From the NCBI GenBank assembly GCA_002104905.1, contig MCFE01000370.1:21186-85185 (forward strand): DNA of 64,000 bases, given 5' to 3'. The notes beneath the pieces were generated by a model. The model had not been told where the DNA came from. It made no database searches and worked only from the letters and a program-made list of their open reading frames with translations. A program made the position numbers and the translations under genes. How positions within the stretch are numbered: the stretch's first letter is position 1; each line of letters begins with the position of its first letter. Shown here piece by piece: positions 1 through 12,922 of this stretch. This stretch comes from Basidiobolus meristosporus CBS 931.73. Taxonomy: Eukaryota; Fungi; Basidiobolomycota.

Positions 1-31
1 AGGAGGTCTAGGCCAGAAATTCAGTTTAACT

Positions 32-1052
32 TTAACCTAGGAATATGTGCTCGATTCCACAATTGGCATACCTGTGAACACCAGCCTCACTCAAATGAAT
101 TCGATACTTCCATGAAGACCCTACAGGGATCCCAGGAATAGGGCCCACATGATTCGGCTTCACAATGGAGCACTTTTTCTCAACACCAGCACATGCCATG
201 CCACCACCCCATTTCCTTTTCTGGGTAGCGGATGGCATTTTGGCTTTCCGGGTTTGTGACAAATCGATGTATTGTCCAGGCTGAATAATATTGGCAGGAT
301 CGTTGAAGCAGTTTTCGCAATACCTAACAATGGGAGAACATTTCAATATACAGGTATGAAAGGGCCAAGCTCTTCGCATTTTTACCAATCATCCTCGGGG
401 ATTTTTTTTAGGGGAGGATTCAGGCATTTCATATGGAAATACATCTGACACTCCTCACAAATCAACGTAGAATCTTCATCTTCCTTACCACCGCAGACAC
501 TGCAGCCACATTCTTTACACTTCTTCTTATCGTTGTTATCACAACTAGCGCACACATAATCATCTTTCGATAATGATACTCCAGTAGTAGCTTCGTCCGT
601 GGGGGTATCTATTTGTGAGGTTACTTCGCTTGTTGCAGATTTGGTGGGAATGGGTTCTGGAATCATCGAGATAGGGGTAGACACTGAGCTATCAGTGGGA
701 GTGATAATATGATCTATACTCTCCGATTGAGTCTCCTCTTCCTCAATCGGGATATCTGCCTTTAGAAAAACTAGGATAGTGTCGTTGTTTCGAACATTGT
801 AGTCGAACACTTTGTGTTTATTTTCCAGCTGTGTGCAAGTAAAGTGTGAGTATTGTGCAAGGAATGTGGTTGCTTGTCTTGAATTTGGGAGAATACCTGT
901 TTACCAGAGTAGATCAAACGTAACCTATGGAGTGGATATTTATCTTTTCCCAAGATAGTCGATATTTTTTGTCTCACGGAGGCAATGGTATCTAACTTCT
1001 CGGCGGAAATAGAAGTACGATTGCCATCGCTAGTTCGAATGTTAATGAGCAT
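32..1052 (-). CDS. UHRF1: UHRF1-like protein (UBL - pre-PHD/PHD - SRA), multi-exon; 3' part lies beyond the left window edge
   Basis: ATG 1052. The UBL exon (…LRLIYSGKQ) is spliced over intron 896..829 to LENKHKVFDYNVRNND. PHD with pre-PHD knuckle: CASCDNNDKKKCKECGCSVCGGKEDEDSTLICEECQMYFHMKCLNPPL…WYCENCFND. SRA entry: WGGGMACAG…NHVGPIPGIPVGSSWKYRIHLSEAGVHR. All match animal UHRF1 motifs. Confidence 0.9.
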
Positions 1053-1820
1053 GGGGAGTGTCGAGAAACAGAAAACGTGCTCTAAATTAGATAGAAGTCA
1101 ACCAGCCTCGCAAGTTGTGGATTTTTGGATTTGTTTACTTTTACTTGTGATTGTTATTATCAAAACATCGCAACGTTGTGGTAAATACCTATATATATAT
1201 TGGAAGTCTGGCAACCAGGGAGTGCATGGTGTTTGAATGCTCAAGATTTGGCTAATATGCTGAGTAAACTAAGCATTATTTAATCATGAACCAGTAGTAT
1301 CACCGCAGTCATATGGGCTGGATCGACCACTAAATTAAGACAAAGAGGTGCAAAGAATTGGTGTCAGATAGATCCCCAGATAATTAATTTTGGACTACCA
1401 ATCCAGAACCCCAAAGTCACACTAGCCATTTCGTAAAGAAAACTCCATGGTAAATTGGGAGATAACCAATATCTAGAACTACATGGACGAAGTGCCGAGC
1501 ACCAAGGAGGCTAAGCCACAGGAATAGAATATTATTAAGTTTTGCACATATGTAATACCGATGACTGAGATAATTGCTAATTCCTTAAGACCGATGATGA
1601 CTAAACGTACATACACTGGGGTGTTTACGGCCGATCCAGATAGCTCTTTGGTGCCTAGCCAATGGCCAATGTAGATAACGAACATGGATAGTTTCTTGGA
1701 AATCCGTTTTTTTTACTTACGAAATTCTCCGAGCCAATTACCCACTCACCATCCATGAGTATTCTGATACGGTATATAAACCGTCCATACTCAACCACAA
1801 CTGCACCCATTGAAGCTACA

Positions 1821-2066
1821 ATGACTCCTTTCAGTACAGATTCTCAAACCATTCAACACTCTCGCTCGTACTCTTTTTCATCCAGGCCATATATGTCTGA
1901 GGAATCTTTATCGGATGTTGCTCTTGAGGGCCTTCGAAGCTCTTTCTCATCCCCCGACTTCTCGCAGTACGAACAGTCTGAAGCTGAACTCGACGAGCCA
2001 GAGCAGAAGAGCTCTAATCTGGATATTTTCTTACTTCTGACGTTGGGTGCTTCCATCTTGCTTTAA
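1821..2066 (+). CDS. Putative 81-aa Ser/Glu-rich microprotein with a C-terminal hydrophobic tail
   Basis: TATATAAA at 1773-1780, ATG at 1821 in a good context (gctacaATG), ORF ends IFLLLTLGASILL*. No homology recognised. Confidence 0.4.
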   Translation: MTPFSTDSQTIQHSRSYSFSSRPYMSEESLSDVALEGLRSSFSSPDFSQYEQSEAELDEPEQKSSNLDIFLLLTLGASILL

Positions 2067-2266
2067 ACTTGCGTGTCTCTTAATTAGCTTGTATATAACC
2101 CCATCATAATGACCATTTCGGATAGGTTATAGAATTCACCTCTTCACTTCAATACAAATTATCATATCAATTAACCAGCTACGTCTCTAAAGTCGCAGTA
2201 AAGTAACAACGAGAACATATTTATTGAATAAATCTGTTCAGATCAACTGGAGTTTGCCACTCTCTG

Positions 2267-3132
2267 TTATAATCCCTTACCATAGTCACCAGTCTTGTAG
2301 AACTCGTTCATCTGTGCAACCAACTTTTCCAAGGCAGTTAGCCATTGATTCATTTCGGCTTGAACAGTAGAAAGATCTGAGCCAAGTTTAGCATAGAAGT
2401 CCTTGCGATATGGGCAGGCTTTCATAGCTAGCTGTTGAATCGAAAGATGTTACGCACGTTGAAACGACTTCAGGTCATTGTAGCGACTTACACTAAATAT
2501 AGGTCGTACAACAAAGCTGTGATACTGTTTCAAGGTCAGGCCGTAGGCTTCCGTAAAGGATTTGCTTAACTCTTCCTCAGGATTCTCCAGATTTCGTCTC
2601 AAAGCTTTGGAGGTGAAATCAAGCCCTCTGAAGGCCCCACATTAATATATCTGCAGTCATTTTGTTCAATTGTGTTGTCTCTACCTTAATAGCCATAGCA
2701 GCCCTTGAGTTGCAGTTCTTTCCTTCCCCTCTCTGGCTTCAGTAGCCACCAATTTTTGTAAGGTACTGTAGCTATTGGGGTCAGTGTTGTACTTGGTGCG
2801 AATTTTCTTTGTCAACGATAATTAGGGTTGGGCCGATATTATGAAGGTCTACTACGCTCACTATACATACAGTCACGTTTCCGCTCAAGTCGGCTTTCAC
2901 AGGAGCAAAGGCGGTTGAATTCAAAAGGTCTAAGCCACATAATTTTCAGCCAAGACATGGAGTTACTACCAGCACATATGGTTGTACGTGCTATAAAAAG
3001 AGCCAGATACTAACCAAACAATCTAACCACCTCTTCTGATGCCTCACAGAAGCCTACAGCATCAATTCCTTCCTCAGTTACAGATACATCCTTGTAGTTT
3101 TTCTTCAGCTGGGAAAACCAATCGTTAGACAT
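2267..3132 (-). CDS. GLTP: Glycolipid transfer protein (GLTP / HET-C2 family), multi-exon
   Basis: N-terminus MSNDWFSQLKKNYKDVSVTEEGIDAVGFCEASEEVVRLF. The last exon, read by hand, gives LAMKACPYRKDFYAKLGSDLSTVQAEMNQWLTALEKLVAQMNEFYKTGDYGKGL*, which is diagnostic of HET-C2/GLTP. Confidence 0.9.
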
Positions 3133-3535
3133 GTTAAAGAGTAGGGTGTTCAACTTCTGTGGTGGTGTCGAAGTCTGAGTCTTGGAAAGACTTGTCATAT
3201 ATTACGCCTTTTAATAGTGTCTCCTGTTGAGATTGATTAATCCCAACGCCCTTACGTTTACAAGTATTCTTAGAATGAACTATTTCTGCTTCAACAATGC
3301 CAGTATACTTTGTGCCAATAGCATCACCAATACTGTTGGCTATGTCTGAAACTTTGCGAGATGCCAAACATTCAATTTGAGAGCAAAAAATCAGGGATAC
3401 ACAGCATCAATTTCATGAAAATAGGGTGCTAAAAAATGGTATGAGAACCCTGAAATCAAGATCCTACGGAATCAACTATATCAAGGAGAAATCATCAGAA
3501 CTTTTCTTTCTCTTTCGCATCCTAGTGGATTAAAG

Positions 3536-4862
3536 ATGGTACGTTTATTGATATTGATATTTCATTGAATCATCAATCGTTGTTGTTGGCGCTACCCATC
3601 CATTCCCATCACGCATATCAAGTATACACACACCATGTGACACTTGACAATGCATTAGATTTCCCTCTCATATAACAGAGTGAGATGAGATGGAATAGAC
3701 CCGGCAATAGTGGTTGTATTTTACCGACAGATTCTAACCATCGCCATCTTCAATATAGTCTGTGGCTGCTAGACCCGTCATTAACGTCTATTCCGAAGCC
3801 GGTAACGGCTCCGTTGCTACCGTGACCCTTCCCGCCGTCTTCAAAGCTCCCATCCGTCCTGATGTCGTGAAGTTCGTCCACACCAACATGGCCAAGAACA
3901 AGCGTCAAGCTTACGCCGTCTCCGTCAAGGCTGGTCACCAAACCTCTGCTGAATCCTGGGGTACTGGTCGTGCTGTTGCCCGTATTCCTCGTGTTGGTGG
4001 TGGTGGTACCCACCGTTCCGGACAAGCTGCCTTCGGTAACATGTGCCGTGGTGGTCGTATGTTCGCTCCTACCAAGATCTGGAGAAAGTGGCACGTTAAG
4101 ACCAACTTGAACCAGAAGCGTTTCGCCACTGCCTCCGCTTTGGCTGCTTCTGCCATTCCTTCTTTGGTTTTGGCCCGCGGTCACCGTGTTGAGCAAATTG
4201 AGGAAATCCCTCTCGTTGTTGCCAACGCTGTTGAGTCTTTCACCAAGACCAAGGCCGCTGTTGCCCTCCTCAAGGCCCTCAACGCCTACAACGATGTTGT
4301 CAAGGTTGCCAACTCCCGCAAGATCCGCGCCGGTAAGGGCAAGCTCAGAAACCGTCGCCACAGACAACGCCGTGGTCCTCTCGTTGTCTACAACGAGGAT
4401 AACGGTATTGTCCGTGCCTTCCGTAACCTTCCCGGTGTTGAATTGGTTAACGTTCGTCGCCTTAACCTCCTTCAATTGGCTCCTGGTGCCCATCTTGGTC
4501 GTTTCATCATCTGGACCCAAGGTGCTTTCGAGCTCTTGGACTCCCTCTTCGGTACCTACAAGAAGTCTTCCACTTTGAAGAAGGACTACAACCTTCCTAC
4601 CCACATCATCTCTAACCCTGATGTTACCCGTATCATCAACTCTGACGAGATCCAATCCGTTTGCCGTGCTGCTGGTACTAAGCACCAAAAGCGCTCTGTT
4701 GCCCAAAAGAAGAACCCTCTTCGCAACAACGGTGTCATGATCCGTTTGAACCCCTACTCTAAGGTCGTCAAGCGTGCTGAGATCCTCGGTAAGAAGAAGG
4801 CCGCCAAGAAGGTTCACACTGCCACCAGCAAGAAGTTCTTGGAAACCCTCAAGGCCGAATAA
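3536..4862 (+). CDS. RPL4: 60S ribosomal protein L4 (uL4); first exon is the ATG only, intron 3539-3758
   Basis: ATG|gtacgt…aatatag|TCT GTG GCT GCT AGA CCC. Motifs [16 protein letters not shown] and [12 protein letters not shown]. Strong codon bias. Confidence 0.97.
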
Positions 4863-5602
4863 ATTATTTCTGCTTCAGGATTTAATCTTCAAAGAATAAA
4901 ATTGTAGTAGCAAAACAACATTTGCCTAGTCATGAAGTAGTATGCCCCGCAGTTTCATGTTGGTCGAGGAACATTATATTCCGTCAGCCTCGAATACGGT
5001 TTTTCGTACCGGAATGGCATCACTATATCAAGGATGTGATTGGATAAGGTGATTAGAATTCGAGTAATATTCTACAATATATCGATACACTTGATTGGAA
5101 ACCGAATATTATCAATTGTCTTGGAAACGCTTAATAGGGTCATTATTTGCTAGCTATCGTTGAATAAATCAGTAGAAATACTGGGTTCCCGCTAATGCCA
5201 AGACAATGATACCAAAGTTTGAAGATATTTACATATTGACTCAATTCGGTTATACAATTGTATTGTTCACATCATATTAACATGTTTGGAAGCTACGGTG
5301 GCGGTCGTGTACCTAAAAATAGCCAATAATAATACTACTCCTCGCCCGTCATGAATATAGGCTTGACAGGTATTGGCTTCGGTGGTTCTTGGCTTAATTA
5401 AACAACTAGCGCGACTGAAGACATCTACTGTTTACCATATCACAGAGACTATTGACTACTGGAAGTGCACTCACAGTCCTTTAACCTTTGATTCTCCCCC
5501 GAGCAATAGAGCATATCAGACAAAGGTCGCTCTTTACTTGTCGATTTAGATTTTATAGAGGCCAATTTCCTCTGCAGCAAGACTGTTTGCGTTTGTACTT
5601 GT

Positions 5603-8600
5603 ATGACCACCCTTGATACTGCCAAGAATTACTCGTCAACCCTTGTTGGTATAGGGACTCAACTAGCACTTACAGCCACTGTGTCTGTGTTGAGTTTTGG
5701 CGCTTTCGAGATTCATCGAAGATGGAAATTGACAAAGCATCTTTACATTCAACGTTGTAATTTAGAAAAGTAAGTGTTATGTCCAGCCAGGGTATAGAAA
5801 TTCTTCTTATACAGACCCTCTGCTATTTAGGAACCCGTCACCACTACCGTCGACTGCTCCATTTGGTTGGATATGGACGACTTTAACCATGAATGAGGAG
5901 TTTTATCTCACTCACGTTGGCCTGGATGCGGCCATGTATATACGATATCTCAAAATGGCATTCCAGCTTATGCTATTTAGCTCCGTTATTATCGGTGCAA
6001 TAGTATTACCGCTAAACTTCTTTGCTGCTCAAACGGATCTTGGCGAAATCGAAAAGGTTTCTATAAGAAACGTCCCCGATGGATCCAAAATGCTCTGGGT
6101 GCATTGTTTAATGACGCATTTCTTCTCCTTCTATACGCTATATCTTTTGTACAAAAATAGCAGAGATCAAGCGTATCTTCGCATAATCTACCTTCAGGCA
6201 CAGGCCAGAAAAGGATGTATACATACTCGTACGGTGATGGTAACCCATGTTCCTGAGACTTTAAGACATGAACAGCGCCTTAGGGAGTATATCAACAGCC
6301 TGGGTGCTGGTAGTGTGGATTCTGTTGTATTTGTCCGCCAGGTCAGCAAGCTCAGCCGTAAGATCAAGCGAAGAAATAGCACGCTGGATAAACTTGAGCG
6401 CTGTCACTTGCAACTAGCGTGCGGCTTGATCAAGGATTTGAGAAAAGAGAAGCGGAAAGTATTTGGCGACGCAGACATTGACCCGGAAAAAGTACGTAAA
6501 TATAATGAAATTTCCGCGAAAATACTGTCCATGGTCGACAAAGCCAAATCCCAAGAACGCTTCCCCTTGCCAATAGCAAGCACAGCCACAACACCCGATA
6601 TATGGGAGCTAATGTGTCAATTCGACCGCAGCCTGCTTGACAAATATCAGCCCAAACATGGAGCGGGGCTATTTCGTACCGGTCAGCCTAGAATAAGTAT
6701 TGACTACCTCCTGAAGAAATTCAATCGACTGGAGCAGCGTATTGCCGAGTTGCGTTCGTTAACAGAAAGTGCCGGTTATTATAAGCCCACCGGGACTGCT
6801 TTTGTAACATTCGAAACACAAGTATCAGCTCAATTATGTGCCCAAAGCATCATCTCTATGACTCCGGAGTCTTGTAAAACGCGCATGGCCCCGGAACCTC
6901 GTGACCTGATATGGACCAACCTTACTTTCAATTCACAGCACAAGCTACTACGAAAGTTTTTGGTTAACTGCAGTGTGTGGTAAGTCTTGAGCAATTACCC
7001 TGATTGGAAGAATCGAATAGATTGACCATTTCTCTTGTATCTTAGGGCTCTTACAATCCTATGGTTATTCCCTTCAACATTCTTCGTCAGTTTGGCATCG
7101 TACAATCAAATCACTGCGAAGTGGCCGTGGTTTGAAGTAGTTGCCAAAGAAAACCCTTGGATACGAAATCTGATCGAAACCATGCTACCATCGATACTTA
7201 TCTCTCTCTTTATGATTGCGATGCCAAACATAATGCTAGGTATTTTCAAACAGTATTCCGCCAATTTCAAATCACTGTGCTTAAAGGTTGTCATTTCATA
7301 GCTCTATCCTCCTTCGATAGCTTTTCGTCACACTCGCAGTTGGAATTTGCGTCGATCAATCGTTATTACCGCTTTGCAATCTTCAACGTCTTGTTTGTAT
7401 TTCTTCTAGGCAATACCTTCATCAAGGTCATCCTTGCCATCATTCAGGCTCCTACAAGCATCTTTCAGGTCCTTGCTGAACACATCCCTAAGGTAGGAGT
7501 CGTATCGCTAACTTGCTAGCATCATCAGCTAACCTGTCACTTGAAGGGTGCAGCATTTTTCATCAACTATGTGATACTTCAAACCTGTTCACATGGCCTT
7601 GAAATTCTTCAAGTGGGCGCTCCTCTATTTCACTGCTATGCTTTCGCTAATTCTTGGGTCTCCAAAACGCCGCGTGACTTACAGACACATAGAAAGCCTT
7701 GGCCATTTCCATTCTATTATTATCTTCCCACCCATATTCTCGTTTTGGTTATATGCATCACCTACTCCATAATCAATCCTTTGATTCTTTTCTTTGGGAC
7801 TATATATTTTGGAATCGCCATTCTTGTTTATAAGTATCAGTTTGCCTATGCTTACGTGAAGAGCTATGAAGCAAATGGCAAGATTTGGAAATACATTTTC
7901 CGATATGTAGGTCACGGCCTTATCATATTCCAGATTACAATGCTGGGCCTGATTTCTCTCAAGAACTCGTTTGTCTCTGCTATGACGTTGATTCCATTGA
8001 TTGGATGCACCATCTACTTCATGTACATTTGCCGAAGCACATACCGGGGCCACACAAAATACGTACCACTTGATGCACTCTATGAGCGCGAAGAAGCCAT
8101 GGAGAACATGTGCTCGAACACTTTCAAAGCAGCACCGAACACCAGCACCACTTCAGGCGACGCTGGTAAATGCGATGTATCTTCTCCTCGAAGCTCAAGG
8201 TCAACTTTCTCAAGTGACCCCACTGCACCCTTGGTGACAGATATCTCGAACAACACCTCAGACAAGGTCACTGATACTAAGAGTAAGAGTGATGAGGCCA
8301 TGGCATGCGAGCCCAGTATTGAAGGAATAACGGTTCCGAAACGGCGTGTTGCCTGTCCTGGAAATGAACCAATTGCAGTTGGCACATATCCATTACCATC
8401 GGCCAGCTCTTCCTATCACAAACCTTTGGAATTGGATATGAAATCCCCCGTCAAACAGAAGTTAGCCAAAATCCAGCAACAAATACTGTCTTCTCCGTTG
8501 CTTTCGCTTCTGTGGCAACTGCCCACGGGCCATGGCCATGCCGTCCATCCCCACATTGATCCCACAAAGATCCCCACCATTCCTGTCCTTGCCAACAGAG

Positions 8601-9199
8601 AGATCCACCAGGACGATACAAACCCATATGAAACATATCTTCATCCTGATCTTATCAGACCGTTGCCTAGGTATCTCTGGCTTCCCCAAAACCCGTTCCG
8701 GCATTTGTACAACTTGGACAGGGAGATATTTGATTTGGAGTCCGCGATTACCTCCTCTGTGTTTGTACCCTCCTCGTTGGGCGGGGATTCTACTCTCGGC
8801 TTCCGAGGCCACATCGTCCCGTCCACGCGGCGAGCGCGCACTGTGCGGGACACGTCCCATGCAACTACCAAGCTGCCGTTCCTGCTTAATACTGTGCGGT
8901 CCATGACACGAAAGCAAAGTGCCGCCGATGAGACTGGAAAGTTTCAGACGGATCCTGCCGACATTTCTGAGACTGTAACCATGTCCCGCAGCAGGCCAGT
9001 TTCTGGTCTGATGAATTTAATTCGGTCATACTCGTGGAGACCCATAGCCGAGGGTGAAATGTCCAGCATGCCACGCTCCATAAGTATGACAGAGTTTCCA
9101 GAGCACCTTGACGACGAAGCGCATAGTGAACATGCCATGAATATTGAAGACGGCGAATATTCACCACGAAGCTCAATCTCTAGTGGCAGAAGCGTCTAA
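5603..9199 (+). CDS. CSC1/OSCA/TMEM63 (RSN1/PHM7 family) Ca2+-permeable stress-gated channel, multi-exon
   Basis: VGLDAAMYIRYLKMA, TGTAFVTFETQ, APEPRDLIWTNL, FFINYVILQ, YYLPTHILVLVICITYSIINPLILFFG and YKYQFAYAY motifs. ATG 5603 joins exon 2 via a gtaagt…tttag intron. Confidence 0.9.
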
Positions 9200-9550
9200 G
9201 GCATGAAGTCTAGGAAATACGATCCATGTAAATTATCAATTAATAACAATCATAATAATACATTGATGCTGATTTCTCCAGCAATTACATCATGTTAGAT
9301 TACAATATAAATAAACTTGATCAATTCATTGCCTAATACACAAACTTCGTGCAAGTTGGATGAAGAGTCGTCATTCTACTAAATAAGGCGGATTGTACAG
9401 CTTATAGGCAATCATTTTTACTCCGCTTTTAGTTTACGACAGTGAACCTCGATTCGTAACAAGTGTTACAGTCATTCTCTTGAACTTTTCGTTTCGTTCA
9501 ACACAAGAAACCCTAGACTTGCTTCCATCAATTCAGTAGTATACAGCACA

Positions 9551-12500
9551 ATGGATTCCGACCTATATAATGGACTTGGCCATCGAAAATCACAGTCAAC
9601 CTCAGAACGCTCTAACGTTACTGCCGACTCTAGAATTACGAGAACCTTTTCAGCCTCTAGTACCACTTCACTTGGTCAATACGGAGATATGGTCTACTCA
9701 AACAATATAAACGACTACGAGATTTTGTCCCCTATCGGTAAGATGCACATATGGATTCCGCGACCAATCTCCCTGGAATGGCCACTCATCATTCGTCTTT
9801 AGGGTTTGGCTCGTCAGCTGTTGTACATATGGCGATATATAAGCCCTTGCAGAAGAAAGTTGCCATCAAGATGATTGATCTGGATTTCTTCGAGCGGAAT
9901 CAGATTGATGAACTCAGAGTTAGTACCAGACATTCAACTTGATCTCCCAATTATGCCATATACTTGTTTCTAAGTGCTTGTGTTACTACTTGTTCTAGAG
10001 AGAAACACAGGTCATGTCGCTCTGCAAACACCCTAATGTTCTACGTGTTCATGGGTCTTTTGTCCACGGGTCCAAATTATATTTAGTTACCCCGTACTTG
10101 TCTGGAGGTACGTTTCAAGGATACCTCTATTTCCTAGGCGGCATATCGGCATATGTTAACTTTTGAGCATAGGTTCATGCCTCGATATAATGAAAACAGC
10201 ACACCCTGATGGATTCGATGAAGCTTCCATTGCTACCATCCTCAAGCAGACCTTACAAGGGTTAGAATACCTTCACAAAAATGGGCATATTCATCGGTCA
10301 GTGAGTCCGGTTAGTTTCGTACGGGTGGAATGTTGACTAATAGGAAATGTAAAGTGATGTAAAAGCTGGAAATCTACTAGTCGATGAAACTGGCTCTGTT
10401 CTTCTAGCAGACTTCGGCGTCAGCTCGTCGCTTTCAGAAAGCGGTGAGCGCAAAGGAATGCGGAAAACGTTCGTAGGCACTCCGTGTTGGATGGCGCCGG
10501 AAGTTATGGAGCAGGTTACATGCCCAATGAACAGCTATACCCTGATTTAGTGTACTAATTCACCATATAACACAGGCCGGGTATGATTATAAGGCTGATA
10601 TATGGTCTTTTGGCATTACGGCCATTGAGCTTGCCACAGGCCACGCCCCACTAGCCAAATTCCCCCCTATCAAGGTAATTCGTTTTGTCAAGTAGCTATG
10701 CAAGTGCCTTTCTTTATTGACACGTCATCTCTCTAGGTGTTGATGATGACCCTCTCCAATGATCCACCTACCCTCGATAGAGATAGTACGAAGCATAGAT
10801 ATTCTAAAGGGTTCAAGGAGATGATTGACCTTTGTCTGCAAAAAGATCCAAAGAGAAGGTAGCTAATACCAAGCTTAGATATCCTGTCTAAACTCTTTTG
10901 GAACTAAATGAACTCAAAACAGACCAACCGCCGAGAAGCTCCTTCAACACTCGTTCTTTAAGCAGGCTAAGAAGAAGAATTATCTTTTGGCTACTATCCT
11001 TAGTAATTTGCCACCATTGGAGAATCGCCAACGCAAAAGTAACTTACACCTTTAGTGATTCTTTGCTGACCCCAACTCTAACGGATCTCTCGACGCCTTC
11101 TAGAGCTCAGCACTAAACAAGTAATTCCTCCTCAAGTTGTCTCCTGGGATTTTTCGGAGAGGGATCCTACAACATTTGACGACAATATCGGTGAACCTGC
11201 CAACGAACCTGCTAGCGAGCCTGTTGATGAACCTGCAGTTGAAAGAAGACCTAGAGTGACGATCATTGCACCTGGAGAAGAAATCAAAGATGCTGCTCAA
11301 CCCCAATCCCAGCAGCCTCAACTCCAACCTCAATCCCAAAATCAGCCCAACCCATCACCTTCTGTCGTCGAAGATAACCCACAAGCATCACAACCAGCTT
11401 CACAGACATCCAATAATCCTGCCCCACCTGCTAGCATCAACCCGACAGCCAACCCACCTGCACCAGTCACCACCGCAGCTGCACCAAAGAAAAGCAGGTT
11501 TGTAATTGATACTGGAAGCGAGCCTATCCCTCAAGAGACTCTTCCACCACCATTACCTACCCCTTCATCCGAAGTTCCCCCCAAGCTTGAGCAAGGCAAT
11601 GTCAAGGTCGGTCTGGGTGTAACAACTGATTCTCTTAATCCCCCGGAATCAAAAAAAGGTAGTCATCATACGTTTCATTCTACCTGATGTCACGGTAGTG
11701 TTGCTAAGACTCTCCACCCAAGCCCCAGAACAGAAAAGAAGTAGGTTTGAGGTGAATTCATCCCCAAGCACTGTGCCACAACCTATGGCCCGTGCGGACT
11801 CGCATGATAGCGCCCTACCTGCACTTTCCCGAGAATCATCTGTAACACGGGCGAGTAGATTTACGGTTGACTCTCCACTCGCCACAGCCCCACCCTCGGA
11901 GCCATTCTCCTCCACTTCTAGTAGAAGAGGCAGGTTCGAACTCTCCTCTGGAAGTAGAAGCACATCACAATCGGGAATCAATAGCGAACTACCCTCGCCT
12001 GTTGGTAAGGGAGCACCATGCTAGTCACTTGGATATATTGAATTACTGACATTTTTGTTTGCAGTTGCCCAAGAGGGAGGTTATCATGCACCAAACATAG
12101 CTAGCGCCTCATCCAATATCTCTTCACCAAATACCTCGATCAATCGTGATCAAGGCCTTCGGATGGACCAAATGCTAGTAGAGAATTTGCATCATCAAAT
12201 AGAAACCATGTACCGTCAGAATGAAGCGCAACGCATGATGATGGGAGAACTCTGGACCAACATTGGCTTAATAGGAAAAGGAAACTATGTTCCTCCCAAT
12301 CTCTCACAAAGGTAGCTTCCCCCTCACAACAGTCCCACATTTGTGTATGTGTACTAAGAGAATATGTTTAGGCCTACCACCGATTTAGTAAGTACACTAT
12401 CCAACCTCGATCTACACGTGCATTCAGTGGTCCGGGAAAACGAGCTTCTAAGGAAAGAAAACGAAACGTTAAGACGCGAATTGGAGCATATGAGGATGCT

Positions 12501-12558
12501 TCTCAACAGCCCTAATTCGCTTAAAAGTGGTGAGATCAGCGGGAACGAGTTAAAGTAA
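9551..12558 (+). CDS. STE20-family (GCK-VI, OSR1/SPAK/Fray-like) Ser/Thr kinase with a long disordered tail and C-terminal coiled coil, about 12 exons
   Basis: The spliced kinase domain reads GFGSSAVV…VAIKMIDL…[13 protein letters not shown]…GGSCLDIMK…[10 protein letters not shown]…DFGVS…[16 protein letters not shown]…[23 protein letters not shown]…[12 protein letters not shown]. Confidence 0.88.
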
Positions 12559-12922
12559 CGACCGTAGGCGATGTATTGAATACCCACTCTTCCGCTGCTT
12601 GACTTGAATTTATTAAGAAATCTACCCAACAACTATAAATAAATGAATGAATTGAGATTTATTAAACTGGGCCGTAACCAACCCACCGAAACCGAAAATT
12701 CTCGCCACAACTGTCGGGTTGCTCAACAGGTTGAATTTTTTGCATTCACCAAGGCCGCTAATTATTTTTTTTTTACCAGTCACCTTTGATTGGATTATGA
12801 ATCATTTTCTTGAATGGTTCATATTTTTTTTTCTTCGTCCTGTCTTATTTCCAAGTGAAGTAGGATTCTCCAACGTTGGATACTACCATCGGTATCATCG
12901 CTTACCACCTTTGATTTGAGCA

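Noticed and set aside
3539-3758. C/D-box snoRNA in the RPL4 intron (vertebrate RPL4 hosts them)
   Set aside because: No RTGATGA C box or CTGA D box was found.
3762-3764. ORF-track starts at GTG/TTG (for example 810, 3762, 19454, 27321, 28350, 32047, 33988)
   Set aside because: These are internal exon positions. The true ATGs are in upstream exons, so there is no evidence of non-AUG initiation.
3750-4817. 355-aa antisense ORF over RPL4
   Set aside because: Shadow ORF produced by the strong codon bias of a highly expressed gene; it has no motifs of its own.
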